From Mobula hypostoma (taxonomy: Eukaryota), in contig NC_086097.1 in the NCBI RefSeq assembly GCF_963921235.1, positions 62,064,001 through 62,128,000 of the forward strand: a stretch of 64,000 bases of DNA. The letters run 5' to 3'. Shown here piece after piece: positions 24,670 to 37,981 of the stretch. Positions within the stretch are counted from its first letter, which is position 1; each line of letters starts with the position of its first letter. The translations under genes and the position numbers were made by a program. The notes under the pieces were generated by a model, which ran no database searches, was not told the DNA's origin, and was given only the letters and a program-made list of their open reading frames with translations.

Positions 24670-26494
24670 GTATGCAGATGGCATCTTGACTAGAAGACTA
24701 AAGATGAATTAAATACATTGGAATCTAATAGATAAAGAGAGATGTAATTGTATTGTAGAATAAATAGGAAAGCTACTCAGATTTAAGTATTAGACAAAAT
24801 AGTTTTATCAGTGACTATTTACAAAGCTTTTAGTAGTTGACTAAGATATTCTTCTAATTTTCTGAAGTTGATTGTATTTGTGTATTAAATTATTAAAGTA
24901 TTAATATCAATGGAAATCTAAACAATTTGTACTCAACCAGTTCAGAAATATTGAATGAGCTGACATCATGAACCTATTACCTCATACATAAATGCCACAT
25001 TCAAACCACTAATAATTAGAAAGTGGCTCCTATTAAACACGCACAGGAATGCACAAACACAATCCACTCTGTCCAGCCTGATCTCTCAGTTTCAGCCCAA
25101 TATTGCCAACCAGTCAACATACTGCACTGAGAGCTCTGTCCTTGCATGTGGAAAATGTTATCAGTGATGAATAACCCTATTTGAATGGACAGAAAGAATT
25201 TTGCCTGAGGAGGACAAAGGACTCGGGAGGAAACACAAATAGAAAGTGAAGTGATGTTGATAGTGAAGAAGGTTCTTTAAAAGTATTTGGGGAATTAGGA
25301 GGGCTCAGAGCACAATTCACTAATGCTAATGGAAAGGTGCCTGGCCTAGTGAAAAAAACAAATGTGCAACCCGATTAATGTTAAGTGCAATGTGTATCTG
25401 GAAGGATGTGAAGATAAAGGGCTTTGCTGGTCTTAAGCAAATGGGGACTGTGGGTCGGGGAGGGAATGTAAAATATTGTTAACAACCAGCAAAGAACTAA
25501 CAGGTAAATTCCGTAATATATGGAAAATTTGCCCTGTGATTTTCTGACAAGTATTCACATGTGTAAACTTTATGGCAGCAGTTCTTTTAACCTATGAAAA
25601 GTAAAATTCTAATAAAAGTAAGAATTTATTTCAAAAATTCAAGGGCAATCAATTTTGTGAATTGTTAAATCCGCCATTTGATTGGTTTTCTGATTCTTTA
25701 TTTGCATGCCCATTCATCACTCTTGTGACAATTAGCAAACGAATGTAATTGGATTTTCTTGCATAATTGTCTGATATTTTCAGTTTAACCAGAGATTTTA
25801 AAAAAAAATCCACATGGAGCTGAATCTCTCTCATTTTCAGATCCCATGATTTTCTACTTTAAGCCAACTGTGGAATGTAGTGAGATTAAAATTAAACCCT
25901 GACAAAGGTAAAATACAGATAAAATCAATAAAAGTAATAGCAATGAAAATCAGGCATGTGTAAAAGACAGCTTAGTTTGTAACTATACTGAGGTTCAACT
26001 TCACCCCCAACTCTGCAATACATATAAAGCATACAAAGTACAGATTCAGTGAATGTTCTGGATTCCTAAATGTGTCCCTGCATTGGCATTGATATTTTTA
26101 CTTTCTACAATTATATGTCCTCTTCCAGAAGCAATGGTTAAAAAAAATGTGAAAAAGGTGATGCCTTTTCCCCAAACCGCAAAGTCATGGTGGAAATCTT
26201 TAGATAGTACCTGGTTACTCAGATCTCATTCTCTGAAAAGTTTGCTCTGCACAGGAAGCAATGTGAACAAGATGAAATTCACAGCATGAGAAGAAGATAT
26301 AGCTGCTCTTCAAACCATCATACATACCGAGCCAGACAAAAAAGTGCATCAACTGAAATGGAATTTGTTCATTACAATGATTTATTCATTAAATACAATG
26401 GTAGCATGCAATCTGACTATTACTTTCCTCTGCTCCAACAATTCTGAATTCATAATTTGAAGTTCGGAAGAGATGGGAAAAAGCGTTCAGTCAT

Positions 26495-27040
26495 GACATA
26501 GAGTCACAGAGCAATAGAGCAGGGATAAGTCCTTCAGCCTAATTAGTCCATGCCAAACACAGTGCCACCCAGATAGTCTGAAAATCATGCAATTAGCCCA
26601 TGTTTCTCGAAGGCCGACCTCTCCATGTATCTATCCAAGTGCTTCTTAAATGATACTATTTCACCTGCTTCAACCTCTTCTGCTGGTAGCTCTTCTCAAG
26701 TATTTCAGCACCCTTTGCATGAAAAAGTTGACCCTCCGGTCTCTTTTATGTCTTTTCCCTCTCATTCTAATTCTATGCCCCTAGATTTGGACTCTCCTAC
26801 CCTGGGGAAAAGACTACCCTGTACTACTATCCATCTTATCGATGCTTCTCATAATTTTTAACTTTTTATAAGATCAGTCTTCATTCTTCTATGTTGCAAA
26901 GAATGTAGACCTATCCTGGCCAAACTCTTCCTATAATTCAGACCCTCTCGCCCTAGCAGTGTCCTTGTAAATCTTTCCTGCACTGTTTCCAGTTTAATCG
27001 CATCTTTCCTGTAACAGGCTGAGCAAGACTATACACAGCA
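26495..27040 (-). mobile_element. CR1 3' fragment
   Basis: CR1 C-terminal and 3'UTR similarity. Confidence 0.75.
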
Positions 27041-28022
27041 ACTTCCATTTACTATGTATAAGTAGTTAAATGCAGATTTGAGTAAGCTGCCTTCCTCCTG
27101 CAGAAAGTTTCTAAAAGGAGAATCTCATCAAGAAACCCAGTGTAAAGAATGCAAGACTCCTCAAATGCACAATACCCTCAAAACATACTATTAAAAATTA
27201 TAGTTTTACATAGTAAATAGATTTTTACTGTGATTATCTCTATTTATTAATAAACAATTACTGAAATTCAAGTTTTAATAGTTTGTAATCTCATCTCTTC
27301 CAATTTTATGATTGATTCTAAACAGTCCTTTATTTTGTATTTTTTTTGTTATCATTCTTTCTTAATCCCTCCAGTATTTCCCTTCCATTAAACTGCATAT
27401 GATTTAACTGAAATGAATTAGTTCATGTAGAGTTTCTGTTTCAGATTTTGCATTAAAATAAATTTTCTTTTTTTCTGATTGGTTAAGGCAATGCACAGGC
27501 CACAGGTTCCCTATGAATGATGCTTCTCCAAATCTCATTGCTAACTACCAGTTTCAAAAAGTTCAAAGAAAATCCATTAACAAGTTGTCATGTAATGAAT
27601 GAATGATGATGTTACGTCTTCAGTGTTGAAATCAAATGCTGAATGACTACCTTTAATTTTAACTTATATTTCTCTATTTCCACTAGAATAAATTCATTGT
27701 TGTGACCTTATAAATAATACAATTTGTTTTGATTGACTAACGTTGTGCAGTTTATGCAAAGTACTGCGGAGAAATTCTCATTAAATTGACACTAATGGCA
27801 ATCCTTACACTCTATTGAATATCTACATTGATAGCATTAAGGTGGAGGAACTCCACCTGTAGCTGCCAGCATTTCTCAGCATAAAATCAGCCTTGGTCCA
27901 CCTAATTATAAAGTTCAGAGGGAATCTAACAAATCTCAGCCTGAAGTGTGCTGGATTTGTGAATAGTTCGGGTAACTTTATGCCAAGGAGCCATCCTGAA
28001 ACAGGTTTCACACACCATTAGT

Positions 28023-28319
28023 TGTTGTTGAGGGCCTGCGTCAGTCAGAGTTGACCATGGATATTGCATCCGAGCTGTCCACATATGCAAGCCTGGGCAG
28101 TACGATATAGAGAGCAAGCTCTTGCCCATGTGGCAAGCTCCCCCTCTCCATGGATCTCATGAACCCAAAGGAATGGCAGAAACCAATGCAGTTTGGTGGC
28201 AGCAACATCGCAGGAATTGCCAGTCAGCGTTGATCTCAGCGGAGGTCAGCAGAGTTTTGGGATCAGAGTTTTCCCCCTCCTCGATGAGCAGCCAACCATG
28301 GATAATGAGCTTCATCTTG
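28023..28319 (-). mobile_element. RTE-related short non-autonomous retroposon with (CAA)n tail
   Basis: Imperfect TSD CACACACCATTAGT (28009-28022) / CATACACCAATAGT (28320-28333); GGAGGGGGAAAACTCTGA motif like RTE 5'UTRs. Confidence 0.65.
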
Positions 28320-29484
28320 CATACACCAATAGTATGCAAGGCATTATTATGCATTTGGGATCTTCTGATGCAGGCTTCTGTGTATCAGAAGATCCTCTAA
28401 TGCAATACATAGGCAAATGGGCCAGTGCCTATGTGTATCATTAAGAACAAAGAGAAAATCTTTTCACTGTGAATTTATTCTGCATTGAAGATGAAATTGG
28501 ATTTCCGTGCCAATGAATGAATTACTACACTAGACTCAAAGCATAACTTTTACAAAGGTTATTTTTGCATCTAGTTTTCGAAATCTCTTGCTTCATGTTT
28601 TTCCTGTCTTGGGTCTTCTTTTCTAAAAGTAGAGAGAGAGGCAGCAGCGTGCAGAAAGCCACTATCATCCCACTGCAAAATTATTTGCTCCAGTCTACAG
28701 CTTGGAGAACAGCTGTGGCTGCATCCTACTGAGACTGTTCTGTGTAAATGGGGTCACTCAGCTCGTTGACATGCTAAATTTTACCATCTGATTTTGAACA
28801 GATTTCAGTCTCCCATGCAGGGCCGTCAGTGCCACTACCCATGAAGAGAAGAGATGGTAACAATTACTGAGAGCAGTCAGGCTGCACTTTGCAGGTGTTA
28901 GTTCTGAAAGTCCAGTGAGAATGAATGGAAATTAAAGTGATGATGGCATATTCAAGGCCGATCAGAATATCATCCGCGCTAAGAAGCACCCAACAGGTTC
29001 TTTGGTGTTCATTTGTTTTATTTCTGTCATTGAACCGAGTACTTTATATCACTAACATGCTTTAGATTATTAAATATGCACATTCAAATTACATTTGATT
29101 ACACTCTATTTGATAATACATTTGGAGAGTGATTAGCGCATTCAATTATTATATAGGATGCATAAGGCATTCTAATTTGTATAGATTAATCATTTTATTT
29201 GAATAATAAATGAACAGATACATGTGTGCAATACACACTTCTATCAAACAATCTTATAATGTGTTAGCAATTCATCTTCGTTATTTATTTTATTTAATTA
29301 TTGACTATAGTTACAACAGTAGTTTGCATTGTCTTGACTTGCATTTGTTCAAAACAATTTATAGTAGATCTCCAAACTTATCTAAATATTCTTTATCATT
29401 CGGTTACATAGACATTTTCATTGGAAAAAAATTGCTTGACTTCAGTTAGGTCTGTAGTTTTTTGAGATGAATATTTCATAATTT

Positions 29485-30210
29485 AATGCCAATAAGGCAA
29501 GCATTTATTGCCCATCCATCCATATTTATCCCTCCTGTTGGTGAACTCAGCCGTACTTCTGGTGAAGGTATTCTCAAAGTGCTGTTGGGATAGAATTTAG
29601 GATAATAAAGGAATGGTACATTTTGGGTGTGTTGCTTGGATCCCCAGCATCGGTAGATTTTCTCTTGTGAATGATGCTGTATTCCCATTTGGGATGCATT
29701 GGTGCTATGCAGGGAACTGAAAGTAGTGGTTCCCATCCAATAAGAATATTGTCCTTCTGTGTGATAGAAGCCATGGGCTTGTGTGGGTGCTACTCCGTTC
29801 TAATATATTTTGAGAATGGCATAAACTGCAGCCACTATGCCCCGTGGTAGAGGGAATGAATGCTCAGGCCATTGGATGGGGTGCCAGTCAAGCAGGTTGC
29901 CTTGTCCTGGGAGGTATCAAGCTTTTTCATTTTGTAGGCAACTGGAAGGTATTCCACCATTCTCCTGATTTCACTGAAAAACCTTTGAATGTCAGGAATA
30001 GAATCATTTACTGTTGGATAGACAGCCTTTGACCAGCATTCATAGCCATGTCTTCTTCACAGTTGGTTCAACTGAATTTCTGGTCTTTTGTGACACGTAG
30101 GATGTAGTGGTAGAGAATTTGGCAATGGTAATATCATTGAATGATAAACTCTTTATTATGGTCATTTCTTGAGACTTTTCTGGTTTGAATTATATTTGCC
30201 ACTTATCAGA
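29485..30210 (-). mobile_element. Old CR1/L2-group LINE fragments
   Basis: GCATTTATTGCCCATCC tail motif and decayed RT C-terminal sequence. Confidence 0.45.
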
Positions 30211-30359
30211 CTAATAGTAATACAAAAGTGCACAGATCAATGATCAAAGTGGCTAAGAAAATTGGATTAGACAAACTCTTATTTGTTAATAACTCCAATA
30301 CTTGCCAATAAATTCTTCCTTTCTTCAAACCAATACCATTAAATTTCCTGCTAGAATAT

Positions 30360-31700
30360 TTAAGAAACATAAACGCAGGAGCAGGAAGCACTTGGTGCCA
30401 CAAGCCTGCCTCACATTTCAATGTGATCATGGTTGATCTGCCCCAGGCCTTATAGAACATAAAAAGTGCAACACCACGAGAACAGGTGATTCAGTCTGCG
30501 ATGTCTGTACCAGATAACATTAAACTAATCCTTTATGTTTGCTCGTGATCCCTATCCCTCCACTCCCAGCATTTGGATGTATCTATCCAAAAGCCACTTA
30601 GACCCCACTAACATACCTGCTTCCATCTCCAGCCCAGGCACCTACCACTCTCTGCGTAAACAAGCTGATCCATGCGCCTGTTCAAACATTCCCCCCTCTC
30701 ACCTTGAAGCTATTTGATATTTCTGCCTCTGATATGATATTTATATTGTCATATTGTCTATGTGTGTAGTATTTTTATAAACACCTGTCAGTTCTCCCTT
30801 CAGCCTCTGACACTCCAGAGAAAACTAATATCTCCTGAGTCAGCATCTTAGTAAACTTATTCTGCACTCTTTCCTAAGCTTCTTGTAATGGGGCAACTAG
30901 ATACACCATACTCCTCTCTGGTCTAACTAAAGGTGTATGCACCTGTGACAAGCCCTTCTGATCCTTATGATCAGTGCGTGAGGCAGATAACCATGCTATA
31001 CCCTTCTTACAACTCTATCTGCTGGTGTTGCCACTTTCAGGGAGCTATGGAATTGGATCCCAAGATCCTTCTGTTCATCAATGCTCTTAAGGGGACTGCC
31101 ATTAACTGTATACATTTCCCTTACACTTGATTCCCAAAGTGAAGCACCTCAGAGTTCTCTGGGTTGAACTCTGTCTGTTATTTCTCCAAAAGTATCTGCA
31201 ATCTTTGACAAACTTCTTCACTATCTACTACTTCATGAAGTTTTGTGCCATCTACAAACTTACTAATGAACCTCTCCACATTTCCATCCAAGTCATTCGT
31301 ATATATTAAAGACAACAGAGGTCTCAGTAATGATCTCTGTGGAACACCACTGGTCTCAGACCTCCAGCCAAGGTAATGCCCTTCCACTTACTTACTTAAG
31401 CCCATCACCCCTACTGGGGCATAGGCCACTGACAGTAGCTCGCCAGAGTCCTCTGTTCTGGGCCAGTCTTTCACCTTGTCTCCAGGTAAAGCCCATCTTG
31501 GTGTATTCTTTCTCTCCATGGGATGTGGCCTTTGGAGCATTTGTTGGTGTTTCTGTAGCTCTGGGTTTTACAGGTTGGGGTTGCTAGCCCCATGTCAAAC
31601 CTTCCTCCTTTTTCAGTTGGGCTTGGGACCGTCCATGGTAGAGTTAACCTTCCACTTATGAGTAAGCTAATTCTGAATCCAATTTACCAGGTAACTAGAC
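30360..31700 (-). mobile_element. Degenerate CR1 fragments
   Basis: ORF 31178-31387 SGVPQRSLLRPLL...SKFVDGTKL; CR1 tails at about 30365 and 30455. Confidence 0.75.
31391..31647 (-). mobile_element. Bipartite RTE-derived non-autonomous element
   Basis: Exact 11-bp TSD CCTTCCACTTA (31380-31390, 31648-31658); RTE-5'UTR-like GGGGCTAGCAACCCCAACCTGTAAAA joined to RTE C-terminus RLAQNRGLWRATVSGLCPSRGDGLK*; (TAAG)n tail. Confidence 0.8.
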
Positions 31701-32539
31701 ATTTTAATCTACTTGATATTCCATGTTAATCCTCCCATCTGTCAAATAAGCCCATTCAAGAATTCCAGAGACTCACCTCTCTTCATGATCAGATATACCA
31801 TGGATAACAATATCTAAATGGACAACTTCCACAGTGAGACTCAGTAGTGGGGGACTTGACGATAGAAACACCATCCACGTGGCAATGGTTTCATCCTAAA
31901 ATGATTAAGGGAATCTATACTCTTATGATGGTTGTTTCTCTTCCCAGCATCTGTAAATTGGGGAATGTGAAAATTGAGTAAGGTGAGGTAGTTCTAGGTG
32001 TCTGGTGAATGATGGAGGCATGGATGTGTAGGTGATTGAAACATCACATACCCTTTGAAGGGATGTAGGGTGCTAATCGCCAAACGTCAGTTTCAGCACT
32101 GTGGGACTCTGGAACTGGTTACTATTTGAGTTCACTAATCCAATAAAGTCTGCAATTGTCACTGTCATTCTGCTTGAATCCATGCACATGGGTGCCACTG
32201 GGGCAAGGTGACACAGGCCCCAAGGCAAATCCCATTATACAACTTGTTTTCATGCCCAATTGATTTGGTAAGCCCATGGAGTCCATAGAATCCTTACACT
32301 TGTCAAGAAAACAAGGCAAACCTCAAGAAAGGGTAAAGAAGTACTGATTAAGAATGTTATTCCATTGTGAGATGACCTTCCCTGTGGCATTGATTTTGAC
32401 TGTTTCTGGCAAATTGTTCCTCTGCTAAGTATTGGTTTCAGCTATTCCTTAGCATTATGCCCTTCCTTTAGAGCTGCTCTGTGAATGTCTTTGTGGACAG
32501 TCATGGGTAGAGGCTAGAGAAAATCAATTCTCTCTCCTT

Positions 32540-32895
32540 ATAGCTGGGAAGGCTAGGAGAGATTTATAGATGTGCTCAAAAATATGAAGTGTTTTGACAG
32601 AATAATTAAGCAAAAACAGTTTCCTCTGACATGAGCATCAGTTACTGTATGTACTAGAACCAGATGGAAAATGAAAAGGTTTAAATTTTAATGCACCCAG
32701 TTGGTGTTTTCTATAAGGGTGGCAGAAGTAGACTATTTCTATTTCCCTTCAAAAGAGAAATAGATAAATGTTCAAAGGAAATAACAGTCTGCAGAGCTTT
32801 GGGGAAAGACTTGGGAATGGGACTAATTAGGCAGCTAATTCAAAGTATTAGCATGTCCAAAATGCATTGACTGGCTTGTTCTGTTCTGATGCTTT
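32540..32895 (+). mobile_element. Old CR1 3' fragment
   Basis: RLGEIYRCAQ (decayed RLRGDL...) and 3'UTR motifs. Confidence 0.55.
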
Positions 32896-33707
32896 AATTT
32901 GGACTGAAAGGTTTCATCCAACAATAAATGAAGTGAGTAAGAACTCCTAAGCCAAGGGCTCATAAAATTCAGACAGGAAAACCTACTTGAGCCAGCATAT
33001 GAGCAGCCCAGACTGCATCTTCTTGACTCCCGAGAGAGAGAGAGAGAGAGGGGGACTGCGGAGAGCTCTCACACCTGCTGCTACTGGCTTTGCACCAGTT
33101 CAGCTTCCGAGGAGCAGGAAACAATCACCTTATCCTGCTTTTGCAAATCCACATCTAACAGCATTTAACAATGTGAATTAAAGGATTGTACTCAAATATT
33201 TTTTTAAAAAGCTAAAGCAATTATTAAGTCTTTCTGTACCAGATGAATGAAAAAACTCGCAGGGGAGTAGATAGGATCTTTGAACACGTTAACATTTAAA
33301 AGGTTAAAAAAGGGATGTTTCAGCCTCGTTGATAAAGAGGCAACTCAGAGCTTACTGTGACTGCATATCCAGAAGCTGGATGTGACTGGGTATCCAGAGG
33401 CAGGTCTAAGGACTGTTGATTTCATTGGATGCGAGTGATTCTGGTTAATATTAGTGTTATGTCACGCTTTTTAGTTGTCTGAGTTTTTTCAAGAGGGTGA
33501 GGTTATAAATAACTACGTGTTTGTTGTTTGTTTTCTTAAAACATTAATATTAGAAATATTAATAGTTTTGACAATGGGCTAGATGAGGTATGGATTAGCA
33601 GACATACTTTATTTTTTTACTGTTTATTTTGAGCAGGGCCTGTTCTACACCTGCACTCTATTCCCCTCTCCAAATCAAAGTGATCGTGGCATAAGTTTAT
33701 AGGAATA

Positions 33708-34116
33708 AAACACAAGACAATCTGCAGATGCTGGAAATCGAATGCAACACACAAAGAATGCTGAAGGACCTCAGGAGGTCAGCCAGCATCTATGATCTAT
33801 GGAAAAGAGTAAATAGTCAACTTTCTGTGCCAGGCCCATCTTCAAGACTGGGAATGAAGGAGGAAGATGCTTGAATAAAAAGGGGGGGGCGGAAGAGGCA
33901 AGCTGGAAGGGCCCAGCTCGTGACCTTTCCTGCCCACCTGGCTTCACTTATCATCTTCCAGCTAGCCTCTTTCCCCTCCCTACACCTTTTTATTCAGGCA
34001 TTTTCCCCATTCTTTCCTTTCCTGAAGAAGGAGCTCGGTCCAAAACGTTAACTGATTACACTTTTCCATAGATGCTGCTTGACCTGCTGAGTTCCTCCAG
34101 TGTTGTCTGTGTTGCT
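33708..34116. mobile_element. Fold-back PLE pLTR element with degenerate hammerhead motifs
   Basis: Inverted arms 33745-33850 vs 34015-34116; CTGAAGA-AGGAGCTCGGTCC-AAAACGTT at 34022-34049. Confidence 0.75.
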
Positions 34117-34744
34117 TGAAGTTTATAGGAGAGTAGTTGGTTTAGACAGTTCCTCATTATGTGCAGGAATCATGTTCAAGATGACTTTGCACATGGAACA
34201 TGGAAAATGCAGCAAGAAGCTTGTTTTCCACCTAACATTTCAAAAGCCGGAAACCTTTATTTCAAGTAGCTTGCAGGAATAACATTTAAAATCAACTGGA
34301 CCGCATTGTAAGCATGATTCCATTACATATGATGCCTTTACTGTAATAATAATCTTGGCTACAGGAAGAAAACTTTTGCTGAGCCATCTTGTGTTGAAGT
34401 GTGTAAACTCACAGATTGTTGTCACAAATCAAACCATTTGAGGAGGGGGGAGCTGGGGGGAACCTTGAGGTTCTCACATTTAGCTGTCGTTCATTCTTTG
34501 GGGCACTTCTCTGTTTTCGTGGATGTTTTGCGAAGAAAAACTTTTCAGGATGCATATTTTATACATTTCTCTGACATTGAACTTGATCTTTGAACCTTTG
34601 AACATTATAGATATGTTATTACCAAATACTACCCAGTGGAGATTAATCAGCATTGTGGCTAAGCTAGAAAATGCAGACAACTATTAACATCACAGATTAC
34701 AGCTGCATTCTTAGCTCCCTATGCTACTCCTTTTGCACTCACAA

Positions 34745-35612
34745 CAGTGTAGCTAAATCCTGCTCTAACTCCATCTAAATTTTGCAGATGTTACCACTAT
34801 AGTGCGCTGTATCTGAAATAGTCATTTGAAATAACTTGGAGTACTGGAAGGAAATAGAGAGACTTGTGGAATGGTCTTATAACAACACCCTTTCCCTGAA
34901 TGTCAGCAAAATGAAAGAGATGGCCATTGGCTTCAGGAAGGTGGGGCAGTTCCCTGGCTCCTGTTTATGTCAAGAGGGTTTATTTCAACTTCCTCGGAGT
35001 GAGCATCATCAATACCCTGTCCTGGTGCCACCACATTGATGCCATCACCAAGAAAGCTCACCTGTCTTTCTACTTCCTCAGGAGGCTAAAGGAATTAAGT
35101 ATGTCCCCTTTGACCCTTACCAACTTTTATCAATTCTATTTACCAATAAGCATCCTATCCAGATGAGGTTTGGTTCAGCAGGACTGCAAGAAACTGCAGA
35201 ATTGTGGACACCACTCAGCACATCATGGAAATCTGCCTCTTTTTCATAAAATCTGGCAGCACTTCTTACTGCCTTAATAAAGAAGCCAGCATAATCAAAG
35301 ACCCTACCCATTCCAGACATTCTCCCTTCTCTCCCTCCCATCAGGCAGAAGATGCCAGAGCCCAAAGCATGTACCACCAGGCTGAAGGACAGCTTCAGTC
35401 AGTGACTACGAGATAACCGGATGTTTCTGAAGTACTCCTGACCTCCCGATCTACCTCATTGTGACCTTGCACTTTACGTCTATTTGCATTATTTTTTCTC
35501 TGTAACAGTATTGCTTTATTCATCTCTCTGTTATTATACCTTGTACTATGTCCATGCACTGTTGAATGAATTGATCTGTATCTCAGTACATGCAACAGTA
35601 ATAAACTAATTT
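34745..35612 (+). mobile_element. Rex1/Babar LINE 3' part
   Basis: CVAK.CSNSI..FADVTT, LSLNVSKMKEM, FNFLGVSI, KKAH...YFLRRLK. Confidence 0.85.
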
Positions 35613-36974
35613 GCCAATTTAACATTAAATGAGCAGAACAAAGCAGAAATTAAATTTAACATATAGATTAACTGCCCATTAACTATATGTCTTAATTCCT
35701 TATCAAAGTTCCTCCAAAATGCCAGGAAGTAAACTATAATCTCTGCTGACCAATTGTCAATCAAAGTGGCAAATTTCTTATGGATGGAGGTACAAACAAT
35801 GGCTGTAAGTTACTAGGGTAGTTGACTAAATAAAGGGCAAGAAACCATTCTGAGCTCCCTTGCTCTCTGGGTTTAAACACTGCATTTATACTACTTAAAA
35901 TTTTAAAAAATCTCAGTATCGATAAAGTATTCTTCACCTGTGGCACTGCATTGATTTTATGCCATTGTCAGCATTCCTTAGGTCCAGGTAATAATCAAAG
36001 GTACTCAGCTCTGCTTTTTGAATTCCTCTGACAAAAAAAAACTCTCAAATATCTCAAAATGATGCACAGATTGTGGGTGAAATACCAAGGATCACACAAC
36101 AGTAATGCCAGTTATGTTGGCCACTATTGTAATCCATTCCTTCTTCAAGGAGTTCATGACTTTTATATCAATGTGGTTGGAATACAAAGTGAGAAGCTGA
36201 TGCTTTAGCTGCACAAGTACTGCATTCAAATCTTGTCACTGGCTAGCAGGCCAGGCGCGCTGGTCTTCCCCACAAAGATAAAACAGAATCCAAATTCACT
36301 TCTTCAACATGATTTGAACACTGCATAGAGCAGTTTAAGTTTTTAAGATTGAGCATTTTGTCAGGAAAATTATTTAGAACAATAACAGGCAAATGTAGGT
36401 GATGTATAGATAATCCATAAATATTGAAATGAAGCAACAATGTACGTGTTCTTCGCAACAAGCCCATCCAGTATCAGCTGCATCAAGATTTCCCTTTCAA
36501 TTTAAGATCAGAAATTGTGGTACAAATTTAACTGGTGTTCAATTAAATTTGCAATTAGTCAGCACGTGTCCATGCCTCCAAATAGCAAGATATAGCAGGG
36601 TGTAAAGCAAGGGCAAATAACATTAGAACTACAGAAGGGCCAGGAAGTGACCAGTTCTAACAAGGCTTATTATCTATAGTTAATATTCAATCACAATGAA
36701 ATTACTGTGGGATTCAATATCAATAAATGCAGGATCATCATTAACCAGAAATAAAATTGGGTGACCATATTTTGTCGATAACCAACTGGCGGGGGTTTCC
36801 AAAGACATTTTCAATCTCACATAGCTACAGTCAGAAATTCCCACCTCCTTCAAAAGGCAACAATTACGCCAGTGCCCAAGACAAGCAGTGTGAGCAGTAT
36901 AACTGTCCAGCCACAGTCACATCTATGGCGATGTAATGCTTTGGGAGGCTGGTCGTGGCGAGAATCAACTCCTG

Positions 36975-37880
36975 CCTCAGCAAGGACCTGGAGCCATTGC
37001 ATTTGCCTATCACTACAAAAGGTCTATGGTGCATGTAATCTCAATGGCTCTCCATGATGTCTTGGATCACCTGGACAATACAAAATAAATGTCAGGATGC
37101 CATTTATTGATTACAGCCCAACGTTTAACACCATCATTTCTACAGTGCTGATCAAAAAGCTACAGAACCTGAGCCTCTGTACTTCCCTCTGCGACTGGAC
37201 TTCCTAACCAAAATTCCACAATCTGTGTGAATTGGAAATAACATCTCCTCCGTGCTGACTATCAACACTGATGTTCCTCAGGGACATGCAGTTGGCCCAC
37301 TGCTCTACTCTCCCTACATCCTTGACTGTGTGGCTAAGCACAGCTCAGATGCCATCTATAAATTTGTAGATGATACAACCATTGTTGGCAAACAACTTTG
37401 CACTCAATGTCAGTAAGATCAAAGAGTTGATTGTGGACTTCAGAAAGGGTAAGAGGAGGGAACACACAGCAGTCCTCATAGAGAGATCAGGAGTTGAGAG
37501 GGTGAGCAATTTCAATCCTGAGTGTTAATATCCCTGAGGACCCAACCTAGTCGTAATGCATTGATGCAGCAATAAAGGAAGCAAGATAGCAGCTATATTT
37601 TATTAGGAGTTTGAAGAGTTTTGGTATGTCACCTAAAACACTCACACATTCTACAGATATACCATGGAGAACAACTGGCTGCATCAATGTCTGGTATGGG
37701 GGGAGGTGCTGTCCACTACACGGGATCGAAGTAAGCTGCAGAAAGTTGTAAAATTAGTCAACCTCATTGTTACCATCAGGAAGGAGCTACAGAAGCCTGA
37801 AGGCACACTCAGCGATTCAGGAATAGCCTCTGAACTCATGAAAACTACCTCACTACTTCATTATTTTTGATTTTGCACTA
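36975..37880 (+). mobile_element. Rex1/Babar LINE RT fragment
   Basis: [48 protein letters not shown]. Confidence 0.85.
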
Positions 37881-37891
37881 TTTATTTAATA

Positions 37892-37901
37892 TGTGTGTGT
37901 G

Positions 37902-37960
<59 letters not shown>
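37892..37960. repeat. (TG)n/(CG)n microsatellite
   Basis: Direct observation. Confidence 0.97.
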
Positions 37961-37962
<2 letters not shown>

Positions 37963-37981
37963 ATATGTGCATATATATGTT

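Noticed and set aside
28778..28865. Possible miRNA hairpin or exon
   Set aside because: Only about 9-13 bp of terminal pairing with a large irregular interior; no recognisable miRNA or peptide
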